Positions 57,258 through 64,000 of a stretch of DNA of 64,000 nucleotides are shown here, piece by piece. This DNA is from Bacteriovoracia bacterium (GTDB taxonomy: Bacteria; Bdellovibrionota; Bacteriovoracia; Bacteriovoracales; Bacteriovoracaceae). A program made the position numbers and the translations under genes. Numbering within the stretch: the first letter of the stretch is position 1; the number at the start of each line of letters is the position of its first letter. The notes under the pieces were generated by a model that searched no databases, was not told the origin of the DNA, and was given only the letters and a program-made list of their open reading frames with translations. The stretch lies in contig JBKHVI010000003.1 of NCBI GenBank assembly GCA_046570105.1, forward strand, positions 32,001-96,000, read 5' to 3'.

Positions 57258-58787
57258 ATGTTACGTTCCCTGCTGCTTTTATTGCTCATAGTTTCTTGCG
57301 CGACCCCTTATCAAGCGGACAAGACTTATCAGCTCACGCTACTTCACACCAACGATCATCATGGCCGTTTTTGGTCAAATAGAGATGGCGAGTGGGGCCT
57401 GCCGGCACGTCTTACATTGATTAATCAACTTCGTTCAGAGAGCAAGAAAGCCAATCGTGAAGTGCTCTTGCTTGATGCTGGCGACGTCAACACGGGCATT
57501 CCTCAATCCGATATGCTAAAAGCTGAGCCCGACTTTAAGGGCATGGCAAAAATTGGTTACGACGCCATGGCGGTCGGTAATCACGAATTCGACAACACGC
57601 TTGAAACTATTCGCAAGCAAGAGTCTTGGGCAGGTTTTCCTTTTCTTTCGGCCAATATTTATAAAAACGGCAAAAGATTATTCCGTCCCTACATCATCAA
57701 AAATGTCGGTGGACTTAAAATTGCTATTCTTGGTTTAACGACTAAAGACACTCCACTTAAATCAAAGATGGAAGGTCACCAAGGAACTGATTTCCGCGAT
57801 CCGGTTGAAGAAGCAAAACTCATTGTTCCAGAATTAAAGAAGAAAGTGCATATCGTGATTGCCGTCACACACATGGGCCACTACCCCAATGAAAAACATG
57901 GGGCTGATTCTCCGGGTGACGTGACACTTGCCCGCCAAGTTCCAGGCATCAATGTCATCATCGGCGGTCACACCCAATTGCCACTCTTTAAACCTGATGT
58001 GCAAAATGGCACGATCATTGTGCAGGCCCACGAGTGGGGTAAATATGTCGGAAAAATCGATCTCTCGGTCAAAGGTGGAGTCGTTACACTTAACGATTAC
58101 AAATTGATTCCGGTTAATCATAAAGACCAGAAAGAAAAAATCGCAGAAGACGAAACGCTTAAAAGCTTTCTCGCTCCCTTCAAAGCTTTGGGTGATAAGA
58201 CTTTACTCGTTGATGTGGGTTATACCGAAGAGAGACTCGAAGGTGATCGTAACGTGATTCGAAATAAAGAAACCAATCTTGGTAATTTAATCACGGAAGC
58301 CTACCGCGCAAAATTTAATGCTGATATCGGCATTTCAAACTCAGGTGGTATTCGCGATAGCATTCAACCTGGCAAAATTAACTACGAAAGCGTTCTCACG
58401 ATTCTTCCGTTTGGTAACGATGTCGTAACCGTGAAACTTTCAGGCGCTGAACTAAAAAAATATCTGACTCGCCTACTCTCAGAAATGCGACCTGGCAGTG
58501 GAAGTTTTCCTCAGTTCTCGGGGCTCTCTGCGCAATTTAATGCCAAGACTAAAAGCTTTTCAAAGTTAGTGGTTGCTAACAAACCGCTTGATAACAAGAA
58601 GCTTTATACCATCGCCCTCCCAAGTTTCATCGCTGGCGGTGGAGATAAGTGGCCGGATCTACGAGGCTATACCATGCAAAACTACGGCTTTGTTGATGCC
58701 GATATTTTACGTGAGTACCTGACTCAAATAGGCTTAATTAAAAAAGGACAGTTTGGTCCCTTTGGAGCTGTGAAAGCTACCTACTAA
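57258..58787 (+). CDS. ushA: 5'-nucleotidase / UDP-sugar hydrolase lipoprotein
   Basis: HTNDHHG, DAGD, GNHEFD, THMG, GGHT, NSGGIR; lipobox IVSC. Confidence 0.9.
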   Translation: MLRSLLLLLLIVSCATPYQADKTYQLTLLHTNDHHGRFWSNRDGEWGLPARLTLINQLRSESKKANREVLLLDAGDVNTGIPQSDMLKAEPDFKGMAKIGYDAMAVGNHEFDNTLETIRKQESWAGFPFLSANIYKNGKRLFRPYIIKNVGGLKIAILGLTTKDTPLKSKMEGHQGTDFRDPVEEAKLIVPELKKKVHIVIAVTHMGHYPNEKHGADSPGDVTLARQVPGINVIIGGHTQLPLFKPDVQNGTIIVQAHEWGKYVGKIDLSVKGGVVTLNDYKLIPVNHKDQKEKIAEDETLKSFLAPFKALGDKTLLVDVGYTEERLEGDRNVIRNKETNLGNLITEAYRAKFNADIGISNSGGIRDSIQPGKINYESVLTILPFGNDVVTVKLSGAELKKYLTRLLSEMRPGSGSFPQFSGLSAQFNAKTKSFSKLVVANKPLDNKKLYTIALPSFIAGGGDKWPDLRGYTMQNYGFVDADILREYLTQIGLIKKGQFGPFGAVKATY

Positions 58788-58868
58788 TTTAGGTTAAGAT
58801 TTGATCGGCAAGCTAGACGAAGTTCACTGGAAAAAGAGAGCATTAATGAAAGCCAAGGAAGGTTTTCC

Positions 58869-59621
58869 ATGCTCAAAATTTTACTCTTCTTCATCCCCTC
58901 AATTGTTTGGGCACAGATCTGGCTTCCCACTGAACGCACCCCTTCCGAAATAGTCCGTCACAGCGCTATCACCATCGGATATAACGAATGGCACGAAACA
59001 CCTCAATGGGTCGGTCATGTGCTTCGTCGTGAACATCTGCAAGACTGTGTCGGACGATCGAATAGTTTTAAAATTGATCCGCTTCTTCGCACAGGCAGTG
59101 CTACACCTGAAGATTATAAAAGTTCTGGATACGACCGAGGCCACTTAGCTCCTGCCGGAGATATGAAATGGTCGAAGGCCGCCATGCGCGAATCATTTTA
59201 TATGAGTAATATTACTCCTCAGAGCGGCACCATGAATCGCGGCCGTTGGGCGCAACTCGAAACCCTGGTGCGTGCTTGGGCCAAAGAAGCCGATGAAACG
59301 ATTATTTTTTCGGGGCCCATTCTCAAAGAGGGTCTTCCTCGTATTGGAGAGACCGGTGTCTCGGTTCCAGAAGAACATTTCAAAGTCATTCTGAGATCAC
59401 GCGCTGGAAAACTTAAGGCGATCGCTTTCTTAATGAGTAAAACACCGGCTACGCAAGGGCTTGAAAGCTACGCTCTTCCCGTCCGAGAAATCGAGCGTCG
59501 CACAGGACTTAATTTTTTCCCTCATCTAAGCCGCTCTACTCAAGACAGTGTGGAGAGAGATATTGATTGGAGTGCTTGGAACTTTAAAGCGAAGTTTGCC
59601 TATGATCGCTGCTCAATTTAG
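58869..59621 (+). CDS. Secreted DNA/RNA non-specific endonuclease
   Basis: YDRGHLAP, SFYMSNITPQ, NRGRW..LE. Confidence 0.93.
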   Translation: MLKILLFFIPSIVWAQIWLPTERTPSEIVRHSAITIGYNEWHETPQWVGHVLRREHLQDCVGRSNSFKIDPLLRTGSATPEDYKSSGYDRGHLAPAGDMKWSKAAMRESFYMSNITPQSGTMNRGRWAQLETLVRAWAKEADETIIFSGPILKEGLPRIGETGVSVPEEHFKVILRSRAGKLKAIAFLMSKTPATQGLESYALPVREIERRTGLNFFPHLSRSTQDSVERDIDWSAWNFKAKFAYDRCSI

Positions 59622-61226
59622 TGGCAGCTCGATGACCATCGTGGTGTTGCGGCTATTCGTATCGAGAAATAATCGCCCGTTGTGAGTTTCCAAAATCTTC
59701 TTAGAGATACTTAAGCCCAAACCAGTCCCCTGACCGATATCTTTAGTTGTGAAAAAAGGCTGAAAGATCTTTTCTCTAATATTGATTGGAATTCCAGGAC
59801 CAGAGTCAATCACCCGTAATTCGAGCGTCTTAGCTTTTCTTTCAAGTTCAATTTTAACCCAAGCACCTTTCCCGTCCACCACAGCATAAAAAGCGTTAGT
59901 GAGAAGATTTAGCAGGACTTGCGATATTTCAACAGGACGACAATTAACTTGAACATCATTCTTCAAACGAAGAACTTCTAAGTTAAGGCCTTTATCACGA
60001 AACTTTTCTTGGATGAAATCCAACGCATCATCGACTAAACCATTAGCACTATGAAGAGTGAGTGATTCGTTAGATGAATTTCTCGATATGCGCTTCATCG
60101 TCATGATAATGCGTGAAATACGAGAAATCGTAGCCGAAGAGCGCTCTAAATATTGTTCAAAAGTTTTCAAATCAATTTGCCCACGACGAACACTCTTCTG
60201 CATAAGATCGATAAAACCCTTCATGATACTTAAAGGATTATTGATCTCATGAGCGATACCGCCGGCCATTTCACCTAAAGCGGTCAGTTTTGTGGCATGA
60301 CTTAGTTTTAACTCCGCTTCTTTTCGATAAGTAATGTCCTCACAAAGAATCACAACACCTGCAATCTCTCCTTGCAAATTTTGCCAAGGAACAAGTTTCC
60401 ACGAGATCCAAACATCTTCGCCATTAGGTCCTTTGACACATTCTTCATCCATGCCTTGAACGAAACCTTCTTGCGCTTTGAGAACTCGCACTTTCCATTC
60501 TTCGATATAGTTCGGATGACAGTCCCAGACTTTTTTTCCAAAAGGCTCGGGTTCAGTAAAGGTGTATTGCTCAATCCATGCATCCGACATCGCGAGATAA
60601 CATGAATCTTTGTCGAGCATCGCAATGGGTGTAGGCAAGGCGGTCAAAAGCGCTTTGAGTTGCGATTCACCCATTTTGAGATTTTCAATTTCAAGAAGTG
60701 CAGCTAACTCACGGCGCTTTTCTGCTTCAATCACACGTCCCACAAAATCTGCGATCATGAGTGCAAAAAATTTATCTTCAGAACTCCACAAGCGGTTACT
60801 GCCAACCACTTCACAACAAATGATACCCACCATCTCGCCGTCGATTAAAACGGGGACATCAACTAGAGAGCGGATATCGAGCGGAATACTATAATTATCT
60901 TTGAATTCAGCTGTGTAAGGACTCGTGAAACAGTCTTCAACGGCGAGAACTCTTTCCTCGTTAATAACGGAAAAATAAACAGGGGCATTCTTTTTTTCTA
61001 AGACCGCACCATCTTCCCAACTATCCGACTTGCGATTGTAATTGGCCTCAACAGTCACTTTAGTTCTCTGTCTGTCAAAGGCCCAGAAACCAATATAATC
61101 TACCTGCATTGCCAACGCCGCTTCACGTGTAAGCGCCCTCATGGCCTCTTTGCGCTTACCTTTCGAGATCACCGGATGACGACTGATATTCGCTAAGAGT
61201 TGCTGGTAATGGGTAAAATTGCGCAT
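59613..61226 (-). CDS. GAF-PAS sensor histidine kinase
   Basis: N-terminal GAF, PAS, IAHEINNPL, NLLTNA, DSGPG, GTGLGL. Confidence 0.92.
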   Translation of the reverse strand: MRNFTHYQQLLANISRHPVISKGKRKEAMRALTREAALAMQVDYIGFWAFDRQRTKVTVEANYNRKSDSWEDGAVLEKKNAPVYFSVINEERVLAVEDCFTSPYTAEFKDNYSIPLDIRSLVDVPVLIDGEMVGIICCEVVGSNRLWSSEDKFFALMIADFVGRVIEAEKRRELAALLEIENLKMGESQLKALLTALPTPIAMLDKDSCYLAMSDAWIEQYTFTEPEPFGKKVWDCHPNYIEEWKVRVLKAQEGFVQGMDEECVKGPNGEDVWISWKLVPWQNLQGEIAGVVILCEDITYRKEAELKLSHATKLTALGEMAGGIAHEINNPLSIMKGFIDLMQKSVRRGQIDLKTFEQYLERSSATISRISRIIMTMKRISRNSSNESLTLHSANGLVDDALDFIQEKFRDKGLNLEVLRLKNDVQVNCRPVEISQVLLNLLTNAFYAVVDGKGAWVKIELERKAKTLELRVIDSGPGIPINIREKIFQPFFTTKDIGQGTGLGLSISKKILETHNGRLFLDTNSRNTTMVIELPLN

Positions 61227-61227
61227 A

Positions 61228-63258
61228 CTAGCTCAATAGACCAGCTCTTCGTAAAAGAGCGTCGACTGAAGGCTCTTTGCCACGGAATTTTTTGTAAAGT
61301 TCCATCGGATGTTCGGTTCCGCCCTTCTCAAGTACGTTCTCACGGAATTTTAATGCGACAGTGGCATCGAAAATTCCCTTCTCTTTAAAATACTCAAAGG
61401 CATCAGCATCAAGCACCTCGGCCCACTTGTAACTGTAGTAACCTGCAGAGTAACCGCCGGCAAAAATATGTGAGAATGAGCACGACATGTTTGTGCCAGG
61501 CACGACCGGCAAGATCGTCATGGGAGCCGTCACTTTATTTTCAAATTCAACAACATCTTGAATTCCACTTGGATTAGCCGAATGCCAGGCCATATCAAGT
61601 GTGGCAAAGGTCACTTGGCGCATCGTCGCCGTTCCTTCTAAGAAGTTGCCCGCTTTTTTAATTTGCTCAACCAATTCCGCTGGAATTTTAGCTCCTGTCT
61701 CGTAATGCTTGGCAAATAAATCAAGACACTCTTTCTCTTGAACCCAGTTCTCCATAATCTGAGAAGGAAGTTCGACGAAATCCCAATAAACATTCGTGCC
61801 AGACAATGCAGTATAGCGACACTGTGATAAGAGACCATGAAGGGCATGACCAAACTCATGGAAGAGAGTAGTCACTTCATTCAAAGTTAGTAGCGATGGC
61901 TTGGTCTTCGTTGGCTTGGTGAAATTACATACAATCGCCACATGGGGACGACGGACTTCACCTCGGATGAGACCTTGGTCTGAAAAACTAGTCATCCAGG
62001 CGCCACCACGTTTTGTTTCACGTGGAAAGAAGTCCATATAGAACAAACCAATAAAGCCGCGCTTATCATCAGCTACTTCAAAGACGCGGACATCTTCATG
62101 GTAAACCGGAAGATCTTTCACTTCTTTAAAACTCAAACCAAATAAGCGTTGAGCAACGGCAAAGACCCCATCAACCACTTTTTCAAGTTGGAAGTAAGGA
62201 CGCAAAATCTCTTCATCAAGACCAATCTCACGCTGCTTAAGAATCTCAGCGTAATAAGCACTATCCCAGCGTTGAAGCTGATCATCGATCCCATCGAGCT
62301 CTTTGGCGAGAGCAGCGATGCGCTCCATCTCTTTAGCGGCTTGGGGTTTGGCCTTCGTCTGTAACTCTCCTAGGAAAGCATTCACTTTTTCTGGTGTGGC
62401 GGCCATACGCTCTTCAAGAACGTAATGGGCGTGTGTGGTGTAACCCAATACATTGGCGCGCTCATGGCGCATTTTTGCTAGAGTGAGAACATGAGCACGG
62501 TTATCTAGCTCGCCAGCAATGGCCTTAGAGGAATTCGCCAAAAATACTTCACGACGAAGCTCGCGGTTTTTTGCGTAAGTGAGGAATGGAATCACCATAG
62601 GATAATCGAGTGTCACAACCCATGAGCCCTTTTTGCCTTTCTTCTCGGCCATCTCAGCTGAGGCTTCGATGAATGAATCAGGCAAACCGGCTAAGTCTTC
62701 TTTTTTAGTGATAACGAGTTCGTAACTATTAGTCGCCTTCAAAACATTTTGTGAGAACTGCAAACTGGTCTTGGCGAGTGTCTCGTCGATTTCACGCAAT
62801 CTCTCTTTGGCTTTTCCATCCAAGAGAGCGCCATTACGAACAAACCCACGGTAAGTTTTCTCCAAAATCATTTGCTCTTCGGTCGTGAGCTTTTGTTGAT
62901 CGCGTTTTTCCCAGCATTCTTTCACGCGAGCAAAAACAACCGGATCAAGTGTCACATCATTACTAAATTTAGTCAGACGTGATGACATCTCAGGAGCGAT
63001 TTTTTCCATCTCTTCCGGGCAATGGGCGGAGTGAAGATTATAAAAAATACCACTGACTTGTCCGACCGCTTCGCGAAGATCATCCAGTTTCACCAAGACT
63101 TCTTCAAAACTAGATCCGGTTTCTTTTTTCCAAATTTCCAAATCTGCACGCGCTTTCTCTAACGCTTTATCGAGAGCTGGCAAAAAGTCAGCGATTTGAA
63201 CTTGATCAAAAGCAATCGCACCATGGCGCAATTTTGATGGTTGTAGAAGTGCTTGCAT
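61228..63258 (-). CDS. M3 family metallopeptidase (Dcp/oligopeptidase A)
   Basis: FHEFGHALH, DFVELPSQ, FSHIFAGGYSAGYYSYKW. Confidence 0.95.
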   Translation of the reverse strand: MQALLQPSKLRHGAIAFDQVQIADFLPALDKALEKARADLEIWKKETGSSFEEVLVKLDDLREAVGQVSGIFYNLHSAHCPEEMEKIAPEMSSRLTKFSNDVTLDPVVFARVKECWEKRDQQKLTTEEQMILEKTYRGFVRNGALLDGKAKERLREIDETLAKTSLQFSQNVLKATNSYELVITKKEDLAGLPDSFIEASAEMAEKKGKKGSWVVTLDYPMVIPFLTYAKNRELRREVFLANSSKAIAGELDNRAHVLTLAKMRHERANVLGYTTHAHYVLEERMAATPEKVNAFLGELQTKAKPQAAKEMERIAALAKELDGIDDQLQRWDSAYYAEILKQREIGLDEEILRPYFQLEKVVDGVFAVAQRLFGLSFKEVKDLPVYHEDVRVFEVADDKRGFIGLFYMDFFPRETKRGGAWMTSFSDQGLIRGEVRRPHVAIVCNFTKPTKTKPSLLTLNEVTTLFHEFGHALHGLLSQCRYTALSGTNVYWDFVELPSQIMENWVQEKECLDLFAKHYETGAKIPAELVEQIKKAGNFLEGTATMRQVTFATLDMAWHSANPSGIQDVVEFENKVTAPMTILPVVPGTNMSCSFSHIFAGGYSAGYYSYKWAEVLDADAFEYFKEKGIFDATVALKFRENVLEKGGTEHPMELYKKFRGKEPSVDALLRRAGLLS

Positions 63259-63267
63259 AAAAACCTC

Positions 63268-64000
63268 TCAGTGATGAAAAATTCGACGGTATTGATTAAA
63301 GGTTAAGAATACGAGGGCGAGCCAGATAACAAGAGCGCCAATCATAACCCCGATAAGCATCGCTTCTGACTGAAAATAAATCAAGACGCCGGCCATAGCG
63401 GCCTTAGACGCACGATAGACCAACATATCAGTAAAGTACTTGGCCCCATATTTCTGCACTGGAGTGAGAGGATGGTAGAGCAATTCTTTACCTGCGCTAA
63501 AGAATGAGTAATCACTGGCCTTGAGATAGGTATAAAAAACGGCACTGGCCATCAAAGCGCCTGAATTAAGACCAAAAACCAGACAAAGAAGGTAGGACAG
63601 AGGAATCAATAAATGCAGCGTACGCTCTTTGAGACGTTTGAGCATGAGCGGTAAAATGACGATTTGCAAAACGAAAGTAAGTGCATTGGTTGCGGTATAA
63701 ATCTCACCTAAATAAGCGGTTCGCTTGTTGGTTTCTTCAATCGCCGCTTCAAACAAGATTCCAAATTGAAAATCGGCAATATTAATCACGATCTGACTGA
63801 GCGCTACGATCGCGGCCACATACATCACATACCGTTTAATCTCAGGACTCGAGAGTGATTTGAGTGGCGACATATTGTCGCTGTAGGTGGCTTCAGTGCC
63901 ATCAATTTTATCTAGAAAAAGCGCGATGAGTGCCGGCAAGAAAATAAAAATTTGTCCCACCATCAAAGTAGCGCCCGTGCCTTCAGTGCGAGCGAGCCAT
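63268..64000 (-). CDS. Npt1/Npt2 (TLC) family nucleotide transporter-like protein (partial, 5' end outside the window)
   Basis: DFQF, KASDYSFF..GKELLY.PL...KYGAKYFTDMLVYR.SK; frame open to 64000. Confidence 0.7.
   Translation of the reverse strand, partial: WLARTEGTGATLMVGQIFIFLPALIALFLDKIDGTEATYSDNMSPLKSLSSPEIKRYVMYVAAIVALSQIVINIADFQFGILFEAAIEETNKRTAYLGEIYTATNALTFVLQIVILPLMLKRLKERTLHLLIPLSYLLCLVFGLNSGALMASAVFYTYLKASDYSFFSAGKELLYHPLTPVQKYGAKYFTDMLVYRASKAAMAGVLIYFQSEAMLIGVMIGALVIWLALVFLTFNQYRRIFHH

Noticed and set aside
1..64000. CRISPR array, rRNA, prophage or anti-phage defence system
   Set aside because: No regularly spaced DNA repeats, rRNA-like stretches, phage structural genes or recognisable defence domains seen by eye

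Overview
64 kb of bacterial chromosome. The gene content (many secreted proteases and nucleases, SUV3-like helicase, HD-GYP proteins, phaR-ArsA pair-gshA operon, sigma28-like promoters) suggests Bdellovibrionota/Bacteriovoracaceae; this is inference. The standout is a ~15.5 kb lipid biosynthetic cluster (4274-19810) just downstream of tRNA-Leu(TAG). It combines a dedicated type II FAS/highly reducing PKS set (extended ACP, FabF, Cys-less KS partner, FabZ-like, FabI, two FabG-like and one degenerate SDR) with a radical SAM enzyme carrying the metal-ligand architecture of archaeal tetraether synthase (Tes/MJ0619). It also has a B12-dependent radical SAM enzyme, a 2OG-Fe(II) oxygenase, a flavin monooxygenase-like protein, an HxxxDG acyltransferase, a flippase-like protein, an MMPL transporter and an orphan histidine kinase. 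The rest of the window holds an opp ABC operon, a TPR lipoprotein with a LolB-like neighbour, a split ArsA/Get3 pair, degenerate HD-GYP and PP2C proteins, an intact 1041-bp IS with 9-bp target duplication, a DUF455 + ATP-grasp pair, feoAB, ushA with an endonuclease, an M3 peptidase and a partial Npt-type nucleotide transporter. No CRISPR array or rRNA was seen. All calls come from motif reading, without database searches.
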